From NCBI RefSeq assembly GCF_006345805.1, contig NC_043001.1:43896001-43960000 (forward strand): 64,000 nt of DNA, given 5' to 3'. The translations under genes and the position numbers were made by a program. Shown one piece after another: positions 36,150-50,103 of this stretch (the first letter of the stretch is position 1; every line of letters begins with the position of its first letter). Source of the DNA: Octopus sinensis. Lineage: Eukaryota. A model generated the notes under the pieces. It did not search any database, had not been told where the DNA came from, and worked only from the letters and a program-made list of their open reading frames with translations.

Positions 36150-37374
36150 CTAGCAAACACACCCGTCTTTTGGATGGTTTAAGTTGCTTTGGTGGTATTT
36201 TTCACCAAACAATTGAACTACTGAGAAGGTTTATGTGTAGCACAGCAATCTGTTTCCGATTAACTTAACAGAAAACCAAATTGAAGGCCGGTTATTGTGG
36301 AGGTCATTGCACTTTTATGATCATAGAACATATAAATTTGCATGCAATGCAAAGTAGTGCTACTGAAGTGTTTTGGGAGTAGATTACAGATAATGACTAC
36401 AAAATATAGTTGTTGTACATGAAAGTGAAATTTCTTGTGGTTGTTTAAAAAAGGCTAGAATGACAATGCTAAAGCATATTTGAAACAATGGACAACAGTC
36501 AAAATATCATAATGGATGGGTAAATAAGCATCCTGTGAAATAACGCATTGGTAGGTAAACAAAGGTATAAACAAATAGAGGAGAGAGACGGGAACATCAC
36601 CTTTCAAGTAACTCATAATAGGTAAAGGTAAGCTTGCCAAAGTTTAATGCAGTTTAAATATGGAAATTAGGATTGTTTGGTACTGGATATTCATTGCGTA
36701 CAGTGTTCCTGGTCAATTCAATCACCATTGCAAGTGGACAGTCAAAATAAATAAATAAATAGACAAAATCCTTTCACTTTTATGATATTCTCCAATGAAA
36801 ACACTCGAACAATACACATATATAAAAAGATATAGAAAGTGATAATACATAATTACAACATATAAATAAATAATAAATAAAAAAAATGTGAAAATAACAA
36901 AAAAATATTCTGTAATGCAAATATACGACCATATAGATTAAAAAAGTATGGGAAGCAGTCAAAATAAATAGACAAAATCCTTTCACTTTTATAATATTCT
37001 CTAACCAAAACACTCAATACACATATAAAAAAATATAGAAAATAAAAATACACAATCACAACATATAAATAAATAATAAACCAAAAAAATGTGAAAGCCA
37101 CTAGAAAATATTTTCTAATGCCAATATATGACTGTATAGATTAAAAAAATGTGGAAGACCCTACATACAATGAATTAGAGAAAAGCCTGTGTAAACCATC
37201 GTTTTTCCTAGTATGCCCATTTATGCAGGAGCTCTGGGTAGAATGTTATTGTGCATGACCATCCTTGGGACATAAGTAATGTGTGTATAAAGTTTGGTGA
37301 AAATCAGTTGAGAATTGTGGAAATGTTTGCGTTAGTCAATACACACACACATACTGTGATTTATATATGCTAGA
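36150..37374 (-). mobile_element. non-autonomous Helitron-like element in TMEM147 intron 1
   Basis: minus strand A|TC...CTAG|T; internal tandem duplication of about 200 bp around 36740-37150. Confidence 0.55.
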
Positions 37375-37392
37375 TATATACAGTTGTATTAA

Positions 37393-37612
37393 CCCTTCAG
37401 CATTTTAACAGCCCATATCCAGCCCAAATATTCAACCCACTTTATGTTCAAACTAGCCAGATCTGGCTTGTCACACCTACCCTGCAATGTCGTTCTAAAA
37501 ATACTCAATCACATCATTGAAGTCTCAAAGCTACAAGTTAATGCATGGCTAATTCAAAGCAATGTGAATAAAGAAGTATTACTTTTGACAGAATAATCTG
37601 AATGTTCAAGGG
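37393..37612. mobile_element. piggyBac-like MITE
   Basis: TTAA|CCCTT...AAGGG|TTAA, 220 bp, body similar to 43233-43799. Confidence 0.65.
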
Positions 37613-38128
37613 TTAAGTAAGAACTCTGAAATTGTGAAAGAATCATTGATTTGTCTAATCACAATTCTAATTGGCATCTGACCTTGAATGCATGCTAGCA
37701 ATATAAACATATTTTACAGAATATTTTAAAATCAAAAATTGATAATGTTTTCCTTTGATAAAACTGGACTTGAGGTCAGATTAAATGCTGCTGCAGGCTG
37801 AATGTTTGAGGCTCCTTCATTGGTTTGATTGGTAAAAACAAGTTTCAGAGTGTAATTGTAGGCAGTGTTTAGTGAGTGTAAAGATGGTGGAAGTGGAGAA
37901 GGTTAGTGCATTGAGTTAGAGCAACATGTGGCGGTATACTATTAACTTGGTGTTTAGTGGGGCAAAGTCAGATGCAGTAGAGTGGAAGAGAAAGGGTTAG
38001 ACTGGTCATAGTGTTGATGAGTGAAAACTTGTCAATTGGATAATGTTATTTTTGTTTTCCTCTAAAGAGGCCCAAATGTGTATGTGCATGCTAGGTATAT
38101 TCTTCTAGATGCATAAAGTGTAGTTTAA

Positions 38129-38590
38129 CCCTTTCCTTACTGTATTTATTTTGAGATGCTCTGTGTTTCTTTCAATTACTTTAAATATAACAAAGAATTT
38201 AGTAAAATTACTTAGTTATCATTCAGCCAGTGTTAGGAACATAAACTGTGACTAAGGTTTGGTGGAAGATTTTAATTCAAAACTTATGAAAACAAGACAT
38301 TTGTACTCAGAGTCAAAGTCGATTTCAGCCGGGTTAGTAATGAAAGGGTTAACCCTTTGGCATTTAAACTGGCCATATATGGCCCAAATATTCTACATGT
38401 TTTATCTTCGAATTGGCCAGATTCAGCTTCTCGCATCTATTCTATAATGTCATTCTAAAAATATGCAATCACATACTTGAGATCTCAAAGCTATAAACTT
38501 TGAGATTTCAATTATGTGATTGCATATTTTTAGATAATGCATGCTTAATTCAAAATAATGGGAATGAATAAATAATACATTAGTCAAAGT
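38129..38590. mobile_element. two adjacent piggyBac-like MITEs sharing one TTAA (38349-38352)
   Basis: TTAA|CCCTTT...AAAGGG|TTAA|CCCTTTGGCATT..., second copy truncated. Confidence 0.55.
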
Positions 38591-38722
38591 AATAAGGCAT
38601 AGGACAGCATTTGTGTTTTGTATTGAATTAGATGTTCAGATCTGAAACACTTTCTGGACATGAGCATCTGATTTTTGTTAAGCAGTCTTGATATTTGCTA
38701 TGTATTTTTTAATATATTTTAG

Positions 38723-38858
38723 GGCTGAATACAGTGCCTTCTGGAAATGTGTCCAAGCTGGGACTGCATACCTTTTCACTCAACTATGTAAGATGTTGGT
38801 GTTAGCAACCTTCTTTCCAGCTACAGAATTTAGTTCTGATTCTTTGGATGTTGTAGGG
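38723..38858 (+). CDS. TMEM147: TMEM147 exon 2 ([45 protein letters not shown])
   Basis: ttttag/gtaagt, 136 nt; motif [26 protein letters not shown]. Confidence 0.95.
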
Positions 38859-39316
38859 GTAAGTTGACAAAGTAAAAATTTTATTAATTTATTAGATTCT
38901 TTTCCTTTTTTTCTTTATATAAAGAATGCTCATTGAGTTTTTTTACGTTTACTTTAGGTATAGAAAGTACTTTATAGTTTTTTCAGCATTGTTTCTGTAT
39001 ATTATCCTGGAAGATAATTCCAGACAATTTTTAAGATATTAGGATGAACCAGAAATCTTTTAAAATCTCTAGTCACTGACACTTCAAAAGCCTTTACAAA
39101 ACTAATTATTCAAAATCTTCACTGTCAACATTTCCTATTTGATTCAAGTCTTTATGTTATCCATTCACTTGTTAAAGTCTCCACATCTTCCATTTCAACA
39201 GATAAAGCACTTTCTACCTGACTCAAGTCACCTTCTCCTATACATATGTCACAATATTCCAATATATCAACATTTTTTAAAATTAGAGTTTATGGAATTC
39301 TACTTTTTTCTTACAG

Positions 39317-39453
39317 GAAACACTGAAATGCTTTGTTGATCTTGCTGACCTTGTAGGTCTTTATCTTCTAATGAACTCCATTCCAGCTAAAGGCCAGCTT
39401 AAGTTTCTTATTGCTGGTATGGGTTGGGCTACAGCTGAACTTATTATGACCAG
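39317..39453 (+). CDS. TMEM147: TMEM147 exon 3 (ETLKCFVDLADLVGLYLLMNSIPAKGQLKFLIAGMGWATAELIMTR)
   Basis: ttacag/gtaagt, 137 nt; VD.ADL.GL and GWATAELIM motifs. Confidence 0.96.
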
Positions 39454-39573
39454 GTAAGTTGTCTTGCTTGAAACTTTATTTCCCTATACTTTTAAACTTC
39501 ATTGAAACTGATTTTTGTTCATATGAGATTTACAAAATTCTGTTAAACAGCACCAAATTTTACTGACCATGTA

Positions 39574-39622
<49 letters not shown>

Positions 39623-42036
39623 GTGTGGCTGTTGTCAGTACCACCAAACTGGCCCTTGTGCTGGTGGCATGTAAAAGCACCCACTACACTCTTGAAGTGG
39701 TTGGTGTTAGGAAGGGCATCCAGCTGTAGAAACTCTGCCAGACCTCAATCAAATTGTCCGACCCATGCCAGCATGGAAAGCAGAGGTTAAATGATGATGA
39801 TGATATATATAAGACTTTTTCAATTCCTGAGCGTTATACTAATACATCTGTTTGTTTTCTACACCACCTGTCTTTGTCTTATGTTTTTTTGTGAATTCGT
39901 CCCCTATATATATATATATATATATATATTTAGGGTAAAGACCCCTTTGGTCATGTATGACCGTGGGATTATACCTAGAAAGTTCCCCTCTGAGGTACAA
40001 GTCTGGGCAAGGTTGTTTATGGAAGAAGTCGCCCATGCATACCAGCCTCCTCTCTCCATGCCACCAGTGTTATCCAAGGGAAAGGCAAAAGCCAATACAG
40101 CTTGGCAACAGTGATGTTGCAACTCATTTCTACAGCTGAGTGAACTGGAGCGACATGAAATAAAGTGTTTTGCTCACTAACGCAACACACAGGCCAGTCC
40201 AGGAATTGAATTCACTACCTCATAATTGTGAGTCCAATGCTCTAACCACTGAGTCATGCACCTTCATGCACATGCACACACACACAGACAGAAACACATG
40301 CACAGGTATATAACCTTTCAAACTAATATTTTACTGTTGCAATTAAATGAGAACAAAACTACATATTTCATCATCTTTTTCTGTGATACTAGTTATCTTT
40401 CTCACCACCTGTGACCACTTTACTTGGCAGCCATCCTCCATTCTTAATATAGTGTCCCTCTCCACTCACATTTTGCATTGATCATCCTCCCTGCCACTAA
40501 ATTATCTCTCCACCATGATACATATCTCACTCTCCCCAGGCACTATAACTGCCTCTCTTCTCACACTCTTGCCGCTTATCCAACCGTATGTTGTCTCTTT
40601 CTGTTTAGTGTATTGTCATTATTATTACCATTTTGCTACTGAGGAAATGTTTTGTAATCATTTATATTAGTTTTCTACTATGTGGAGTAACAGAATTGTT
40701 CCAGCCATGTCAGCAGTACTCTTTCGGTTGTACTCGAGCTTTAAAGAGACTCATCAACTAATTAGATCAAAAAAGTATTTTCTGGTTCCTGAGAGGAACA
40801 AATGTCTTTTGTCATTGTTATACATGTGGGGCATTTTTAGTTTTAAGGTTGTTGTGATAGTAGTCTTTCCTTCCTTGCTATATGTAGTGAGTGAGTCTTG
40901 AAGCTATTGGAGAGTAGGTTGTCAGATTATGAGAGATTGTGAAGTTTAACATCTGTAATGACTTTCATGTTATTTGCTACAAATATGACTTCCAAGTAAG
41001 TTTTATTGTCCTCATCATCATACATCCATTTTCCATGCTGGGATGGGTTACACTGGAGATTGTAAGCTGTTTTGGCTTGGTTTCTCTGGCTGGATGTCTT
41101 TCCTAATGCCAACCACTCTACAGAGTGGACTGGGTGTCTTTTACATCTCACCAGCATTGGCCATGATTATGATGTCACTTAACACTGAAAAATTACCGAG
41201 GCATGGCTAATATGTACATGCATGGTTGTGTGATTGAAAAATTTGTTCTGAACCACATGTTTTTCAGTTCATTCCAGCTGTGTGGAACTGTGGACAAGTG
41301 TTTTCTACTATAGCCCTGGGCTGATCAAGGCCTTGTGAGTAGATTTGAAATAAGACTGTTGTACACATATGTATGTTTGTTTACATTTTGTGATTACTTG
41401 AACAAAAGTGTGGCAGTCAGTGTTATAGTCAGTTTTCTTGTCAACATATCATCCAGGCACTTTGGTGCGTTTGAAGCTGTGTGGAATAAGTGTTTCCTTA
41501 CTTGAAAAACAATTAAGGGTGAGCTTCAGAAAGGACATCCAACTGTAAAACAATGCCTCAAATAATATCCAACCAACCTATGCTAGCATGAGAAAACAAA
41601 CCTAAAACAAATGAAACTATATTAGTTTTCTTTCTAAAGACAAATAGTATATCTGTTATTGAAAAATGTTTTTTCATAACATTTACTGGTAGTTTTTACT
41701 GGAAATTAGGAGTAAATTGTTCAGAAAGGAAGCTGGTATTATCTAACTATTTGTTGGCTGCCAACTCTTCCATTTCGTTGCTTTGCATTTATGTGTTCTC
41801 AGTCTCTTCATTCACTGCTGTTTTAGGTTGTTATGAATCAGCTTGAAACAAATTTGTATTATATAAAAACCATTTAAATTAACTCCATTCTTCAGAAAAG
41901 TGACTTTTTCATAGCAAAATTAATTTGGAACATTAACTAAATCTCCAGAAATCTTATTACACTTATGTAATGTGCTCTAGATTAAATAGTATATTTAATC
42001 TTATTCTGAAATAACTTCTAGTGATTTTTCTTGCAG

Positions 42037-42121
42037 GTTTATTCCACTTTGGGTTGGAGCAAGAGGTATTGAGTTTGACTGGAAGTTTATCCAAATGAGT
42101 TTTGACTCAAATGTCAGTTTG
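42037..42121 (+). CDS. TMEM147: TMEM147 exon 4 ([28 protein letters not shown])
   Basis: ttgcag/gtgagt, 85 nt; [22 protein letters not shown] motif. Confidence 0.97.
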
Positions 42122-42290
42122 GTGAGTGACATTCAATTCTTAGCAATTAAAAGTATTGATAGTTGACCAATTTATTGGATTGGAGTTGGAACAATGTGAT
42201 TGCAATAAATTATTACCATAGCTCATAAATTATTACTATGAAAAAATATTGGATGAGATTACTAATTTTATGTATTTTGTTAAATTTTAG

Positions 42291-42412
42291 ATCCAACACA
42301 TCTCAACAGCTCTTTTGGTATGGCTATGGACACGTAGTGATCTCCGCAAGTCTCTCTTCCCAGTTGTTTTAATTCTTCTGTTGCTCAGTTCTTTCAGACC
42401 ACTCATTGTAGA
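42291..42412 (+). CDS. TMEM147: TMEM147 exon 5 (IQHISTALLVWLWTRSDLRKSLFPVVLILLLLSSFRPLIVE)
   Basis: ttttag/gtaagt, 122 nt, in frame; hydrophobic TM segment with W..TR.DL. Confidence 0.93.
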
Positions 42413-43232
42413 GTAAGTAACTAATTGTCATCAATATTATGAAAAAGAATTGATTCTACAAAGCATTATGTGGAACTTTTATCTATTACAACCAGTTCAT
42501 ACTAATCCTTTGTAGATATTCTCATTGAAATAAAGGAGAACAAAATAGTTTTTAAGGTTTTAATTATTTTCATGTCTGTTAGTCATTTTGATAAGTGTAT
42601 GAAAATCACAGTTTATGAGGTGGGTGTAAGAAACATTTGTAAATTTAGATGTACAGTTATTGGAGAAGGAATGAGGTGAGTTTGATTTGTTGGATGTGAT
42701 GTGTAAACTTGCAAGGCAAGTTGAATGGAAATGAAGTGAGAAAGAAATTAGAAGATAAAGGTACTAGAAATACATACAGGAAAGATGGCTATGTTGTTAT
42801 GAATGAGTAATAGCAAAGAATGTGGCATGCTGAGGGGAAAGAAGTGTCACAAGTTGAAGGAAGATATAGAAGTATTAATTAGGTTAGACCTGTGGAGATT
42901 GGGCTTGTGTGTAAGATCCACAGAGAGATGTTACATAGAGACTTTTCTGAACCATGTCAGCATTGAAAATGCACATTTAGCATAATGAAAATATATACCA
43001 TATCATACTCATTTTGCATTTGCATGTTTTCATTCAACATAACTGATAGAGCTTACTTTGTAACTTGCTGTTACAAAGCTTGAGTGTTAATGAATCCAAG
43101 AGATCTTATAATAAGGTAGTTTGTGTGATCTCGTATCGAGTCATCTTGCTATAATTATATTAAAATGTTATATTATACATGTAATAATTCTGTATTCTAA
43201 TAATTTAGCTTTCTTTTGTGCTCTAAATTTAA

Positions 43233-43799
43233 CCCTTTAGCATTCAAACTGGCCATATCCAACCAAAATATTCAATCTGTTTTATGTTCAAACACTAACC
43301 CTATAACATCATTCTAAAAATTAAATCTCAAAGTTAGAAGATAATCTCTTTTACTCTTTTACTCTTTTACTTGTTTCAGTCATTTGACTGCGGCCATGCT
43401 GGAGCACCACCTTTAGTCGAGCAAATCAACCCCGGGACTTATTCTTTGTAAGCCCAGTACTTATTCTATCGGTCTCTTTTGCCGAACCGCTAAGTGACGG
43501 GGACGTAAACATGCCAGCATCGGTTGTCAAGCAATGCTAGGGGGACAGACACACAAACACACACACATACAAATACACATATATATATATACATATATAC
43601 GACAGGCTTCTTTTAGTTTCCGTCTACCAAATCCACTCACAAGGCATTGGTCGGCCCGGGGCTATAGCAGAAAACACTTGCCCAAGATGCCACGCAGTGG
43701 GACTGAACCCGGAACCATGTGGTTGGTTAGCAAGCTACTTACCAAAATATGTGGATAAATAAGCATTACATTTGACAGAGTGATCTGAATGCTAAAGGG
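43233..43799. mobile_element. piggyBac-like MITE interrupted by a SINE (about 43335-43745)
   Basis: TTAA|CCCTTTAGCATTCA...TGAATGCTAAAGGG|TTAA. Confidence 0.7.
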
Positions 43800-43994
43800 T
43801 TAATGGTTATTTTAATTTCTTCACTGTTTTGTTTAGCAAAACTTATTCTATTGTAATACATTTTGCTTCTACAGCACTATGCCATGTGTGTGTGGATGTG
43901 TGTTATGCATGAGATTACTTTAAAGGCTGTGTGGATGCGAGTATTTATGTAATTCTTTATTTGTTTAACCTTGGTTTTAATTCTCTTTCCACAG

Positions 43995-44109
43995 GATTCT
44001 CATCCATGCTGGCCACTTGGGATCCTGGACCTTATTATTCTGCAAAGGACTGTTCACTCTAAGTATCGGCACAATTGCAATGCAGATGTTCTTGGGGATG
44101 TCACGTTAA
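43995..44109 (+). CDS. TMEM147: TMEM147 exon 6, terminal (ILIHAGHLGSWTLLFCKGLFTLSIGTIAMQMFLGMSR*)
   Basis: ccacag acceptor, TAA at 44107-44109; LGSW motif; total CDS 672 nt = 223 aa + stop. Confidence 0.92.
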
Positions 44110-44760
44110 AACATCTTGCTTCGATTGTTTCACCTAGATTCAATTGTTTAATATTTCTCATATGATTATCTATGCAGACTTGAAATACTTCAGGAGTGAA
44201 TGCCATATTTATATCAAGAGAAAGCCACAAGGCAGCATCACTGGCGTATTTCTAAGTTGTTGAACTATTTTCTTCATCAATGAAATATTTCATTTTGTAT
44301 GGAAAAAAAAGAGTTTTATTGAGGAAACAAGAAGGGCAGTAAATGCAATAATAATTTATTATTGTCTTTTATTAAGTTTTTGCAGTATTTAACGAATTAC
44401 AGTTTTTGTTACAACACAGCTGCAATGAAGGCCTTTTGTTTTTATTTATTTATTTATTTATTTATTCTGCATCAATGTTCAAACATTTCACTTCTCTATT
44501 AACTTAGATATGTGTAGTTTTTTTTTTCTCTTTTATTTTAGTCATTGGATTGCGGCCATGCTGGGGCACTGCCTTGAAGAGTTTTAGTTATTTGGATTGA
44601 CCCCAGTACTTATTTTTTAGTCTCTACTTATTCTGTTGTTTTGCTAAACTTCTAAGTTACAAGGACATAAATAAACCAGCACTGATCATCAAGTGATGGC
44701 AGAGGACAAACATAGAGACACAGTCACGCACATGCACACACATGCTCTCACATACACATG

Positions 44761-44812
<52 letters not shown>

Positions 44813-46429
44813 CACACACACACACACACACACATAACTGGCTTCCATGTAGTTTTCATTTCCATTTACTAAATTCACTTACAAGGTACCTTTCCAAAGT
44901 ACCACACAGTTCCAACTTCACCCAAACCTACTCGATCCATATGTCATTCTTCCTCCTCATTATCTTTACTATCTCATCTCACATTCTTTAAACACGTCAT
45001 ACATTCTTTTTCTCATACAACTTCAACCTCCTTAAGATTGTCCTCTAATCGCTAAACTGCATGTATCTGATTGCATGAGTACCTGGCACATTTCAGTATT
45101 AGTTCAATTGACTCCTTTCCCCCCCGAAACATACACACACTTGGACATCTTCCCTTCATCAAATTTGTGGTTTATGTTGATGTGAGAAATCATGTTCTGA
45201 GTTCAAATCCTGCTTGCATTTCAACTTCCCATGATCAGTAAATAAGTACCAGTCATATACTGAGGTCATTTAAGTTGACTGTATCATCCCCATTAAACAC
45301 TGGCCATATACCTAAATCAGAAGTTAGAGGCCAGTCACCCTTTACCTACCTTATTCATCTCTCTCTTCATGTCACACATCCCTTTCACATACCTGTATAT
45401 TGCTCACACTACTATCATCCTTGTCTTTGTTGCTATTTCAGTCAGGTTGCCTAGAATATACATATCTCAGAATACCAAGTACGCCTGTCACTCCTCTCCC
45501 ATTACACATCCCTCTTATTGCTATCATTCATGCATTTCACTCTCCTGACGAGGCAGCAGAGATGTGGGATTGTAGCTCCCTTTTGTCATGTCGAGTACTT
45601 GGCTACCTCTGCAGTGCTGGTGTCACAAAAATCACACCAAGTACACTCTTCTAACATTATGAAGATCCTCAGGTCATGATGACGACATGATACCTCTCTA
45701 GTTCTAATGGTATTAAAAAACACCTTGTACTCTGTAGTGGTTGGTGTTAGGAACGGCATCCAGCTATAGAAACTAAGCCTAAATGAAATGTGAGTGAGAT
45801 GAGGTCCCTCTGACTTGTCTAGATGAGCTATACTCCTTGAATATGTGCTAGTTCTGACTGGCCACCATCCAACCCATGCCAGCATGGAAAAGCAGACATA
45901 AAATGATGATTGCACCAGTCTTGTGTCTGTAACCTGTAGCAGATGCTGGCTAGCATCAAAGATAGTCACTCATAGTCATCACCATCTCTACCGTCATCCT
46001 TATTTTATGTGTTTATCCATATTGCTATGGGTTAGATGGGTCTTGCCTCAGTAGAGGTTCAATGTTGTAATTTGAAATGAAATGACAGAATGGCTTTTGC
46101 ATTACTCACTTAGAGGACATAAAGGAATACAATAAACACATCAGTTTTAAAAATCAGTGTAAACAGTGATACAGACACTAAGTAAAATAATACATCTGCC
46201 CATGCAAAACCACTTGTCAATCCTCACACACATACATACAGTATATTTTCATATAATTTCTGTTTAATAAATTCCATTTACAAAGCTCAAGTGTAGCTGT
46301 ATGATTGAGAAGTTTGCTTTCCATCAACATGTCCTAGCAAGGGACACCTTGGGCAAGTGTCTTCTATTATAGCCCTGGACCACTCAAACCCTTGTGAGTA
46401 GTTTTGGTAGATGGAAACTGAAAGAAACC

Positions 46430-49348
46430 TAGGTTACCTCAAAGATGAACGACAATGATCTCATCTTCATGGCTGGGGATTTCAATAGGCATGTTGGATG
46501 GCAGCTCAATATCTACCATGGGTACCATGGAATCGGTTTCCAACATGAATAGGGAACAAGGCTACGGGAGTTCTGTGATGGGAATAACCTTTTGATCTGC
46601 AACACCAACTTCAAGAAGCCAGCCAACATATCAATCAGGTGACTTTGCTTGCCAGATAGATTTTATTCTCACCAGACGGCAAGATGCATGGTTGCTCTTA
46701 AATGCAAAGACTCTCTCTGGTAAAGAATGTACCCCCTCTCCCAAACATAGACTAGTTGTTAGTGACTTTAGACTCCAAGAAGCAGACCAATCTGGAAAAG
46801 AAGGATCTGGAAGCTTAAGGACCCTTCATATGGTCAAAGATTTAGAGTCATCCTAATTGAGAAATTTGATGAGAGCGGGCAGCTACAAACTTGTGACATA
46901 GAGGGCAACTGGGAATTCCTGTGGGATAGCTTGCTGAGTACCACAGACCAAATCTGTGGCTGGTGCAAAGTCCCTTCCAGACCTAGGGTAACGTGGTGGT
47001 GGAACAACACCGTAGACAGGTACATTACAGAAAAGAAACGGGCCTGGAAGAGTGGGGGTAGCAGGAAACTATCAGATAGCCAAAGGGGAAGCTAGGAGAC
47101 AGGTATATCTAACTAAGGGAGAAACAAAAAAGAAGTTTGCCAATGTTCGGTGCTGTGAGGACCAACGAACTGAAGTATTTCAGATTGCAAGACTGTGTGA
47201 GAGAAAATTGTGATGCCATAGGTAAGAAATGTGTCTGCATGGATGATGGTGCACTTGTTTTTGATGAGTCTGCAAAGAAAGAGGCTTAGAGATGCCATTA
47301 TGAAAGACTGCTGAACATGGAGAATGAATGGAAGGAGTGTCTACCAAATGTTGATGCAACTGAGGGACCAGCTATCTGAATTGACAGTGCCCTGGTAGAT
47401 AAAGCAATTAAGGATACGAAGACAGGGAAAACCTCCGGCCCATCAGGAATCACTGCTGAGATGCTTAAAATATCTGGTGGTGTGGGTTATGGTCTAGTCA
47501 CTTGTATTGTAAATCAGGTGATTCATGAAGGAGTCATACTCAATGACTGGTGTAGCAGCACCATAGTCAAATTCAACAAAGGTATAGGTGATGCCTCAGG
47601 TAGAAATAATTACAGAAGTATCAAATTGTTGGATCAGGTGATGAAAGTTGTGGAGAGAGTCATAACCAAACTAATCAGGGGGAGAGTTCATCTAGATGAG
47701 ATGCAGTTTGGGCTTGTGCCAGGTAGCAGCACCACTGATACTATATTTCTGGTAAGGCAATTGCAGGAGAAATACCAAGCCAAAGATAAACATCTGTACT
47801 TGGCATTTGTTGACTAGGAGAAAGCTTTTGACAGAGTCCCCCTATCCATGATCTGGTGGTCAATGTGGAAACTAGTGATAGACGAGTGGTTGGTGAGAGC
47901 TGTACAAGCCTTGTACAGGGATGCTACCAGTAAGGTGAAGGTGGGCAACGAGTACAGCGACGAATTCAGAGTGCAGTACGGGTTCACCATGGGTTGGTGT
48001 TCAGCCCCCTCTTGTTCATCATAGTCCTCCAGGCATTAACAGGAATTCAAGACAGGCTGCCTGTGGGAGCTCCCCTATGCAGATGACCTTGTTCTTATAG
48101 CTGAATCACTACCTGAACTAGAGAAGTTCCAGGTATGGAAACAAGGTCTAGAATCAAAGAGCCTAGCAAAATCCAAAGATATAGTAAGTAGGAAGGCAGA
48201 CATATCACAAATCTCAGGTAGATGACCCTGCTCAATCTGTAGAAAAGGTGTAAGTAGAAACTCCATAAGATGGACCCAGTGTAAGCTTTGGACACACAAA
48301 AGCTGCAGCAACATGAAAGGAAGGTTAACAGAGAAACTAATTTTTATATGTGGAAGGTGCACAGGCATAATAAATGCTGAACATGTGCGGAAAATAGACT
48401 CCATCAACTGCCAGTGGGGGAAGCTACAGGTAGTAGATAGCTTCCGGTATCTAAGCGACCAGATTAGTTGTGGAGGTGGTTGTTCTGAGAGTGTAGCTGT
48501 GAGAATAAGATTAGGCTGGGCAAAGTTCAGAGAGCTCCTACCCCTGCTGGCAACAAAGGGTCTCTTTCGAGTGAAAGGCAGATTGCTTGATGCCTGTGGG
48601 TGAACAGCTATGTTGCATGGCAGTGAAACATGGGCTATAACAGCCAAGGACATGTGTAGGCTTGAGAGAAATGAAGGCAGTATGCATCGCATCTTAAGAG
48701 AAAAGTTAGGCATAAGAGGAATCAGATGTGGTGTGCAAGATAGACGACTGCACTGGTATGGTCATATAATGCGTATGGTCGAGGACAGCTGTGTAAAGAA
48801 GTGCTGATCTTTAACTGTGGAGGGAACCTGTGGTAGAGGTAGCCTCAGGAAGACATAGGACGAGGTGGTGAAGCGTGATCTTCGAACTTTGAACCCCACA
48901 AAGGCAATGACTAGTGACCGAGACCTTTGGCCATGCGCTCTGCTTAAGAGGACTCGTCAAGCCAATTGCACTCGTGCTGGTGGCACGTAAAAGATCAACC
49001 TTTGAACGTTGGGTCTCACGGAGGCGAAGTGGCTGTGTTCCTTTCGAGTGTTCAGCCTCGCGGAGGCAATGACCAAAACATTTGGCATTATGTCGTGCTT
49101 GAGAAGAAGACCCATCAAGCCAAGGAATGTCGCAGTCGTGGCAGATACCGGCGTCACGCAAATGGCACCCGTGTCGGTGGCACGTAAAAACAGCCATTAC
49201 ACTCGCAGAGTGGTTGGCATTAGGAAGGTCATCTAGCCGTAGGAAACTGTCAAATCAGACTGAGCCTGACGCAGCCTTCCAGCGTGCCAACCCAGTTAAA
49301 CCGTCCAACCTATGCCAGCATGGATAACAGACGTTAAATGATGATGAT
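46430..49348 (+). mobile_element. 5'-truncated RTE-like LINE (APE end, RT with PHD-like insert, 3' UTR, (GAT)n tail); stops and frameshifts
   Basis: AGDFNRHVG, QIDFIL, YRSIKLLDQVMKVVERV, QFGLVPG, YLAFVD*EKAFDRVP, YADDLVLIAES, RRLHWYGHIMRM; ends GACGTTAAATGATGATGAT. Confidence 0.9.
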
Positions 49349-50064
49349 TTTATATATATATATATATAATGTACTGTTAGCGTTTCTTTGTTTTGACATC
49401 GCATGATACTTGTAAAGAAGTGTCACCGACATACAAGTGGTATCCGTTTGTTTCCAGTTTCCCATGGAAATCTGTCTGGCCATGAAGAAATGTTACTTTA
49501 CTAGGACACAGGTAAGGGTTGGCAACAGGAAGGGCGTCCAGCTGTAGAAAATCTGATTCAACAAATTCCAGCCAACCCATGATAGTATGAAAAAAAGCGC
49601 AAGTTAAAACGACGTATTGGCTCCCAGAGGTTATAGTAGAATAATTTTTCGAGGTTTTCCAAGTGTGATTGAACCAAGAATCAGATAGTTACAAAGCAAT
49701 CTTTTTAGTGATAGTTATATTTGTAACAGCTGAAGATAGTGTTGGCATAGTCTTCAATTGTTTTTCTTCTTCGTTTATTATCTCTGAAGGCTATTAATGA
49801 TAAAAGTTGTTAATATAATGAAACATCCAGCTAAGAGATCTGTGATTCCTATTTTATCCAATGCTATTTAAAGCAGCTGTAGCACTGAAATTAATAAGTG
49901 CTCAACTTGGAGAGGGATCAGGGACTCATTGAAATCTGTTAGGCAAAGTACACTACATAAAGTTATAATAACCCAAGTGCTTAAGAAACTTATATATGCG
50001 TAGTCATACCATTTTTTATAAGAATGTAAAGAAGTTGCAAGTCATGTATAAAGATAGTATAAAA

Positions 50065-50103
<39 letters not shown>

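Noticed and set aside
45545-45600. CTGACGAG after a pyrimidine-rich tract
   Set aside because: no GAAA or stem III downstream
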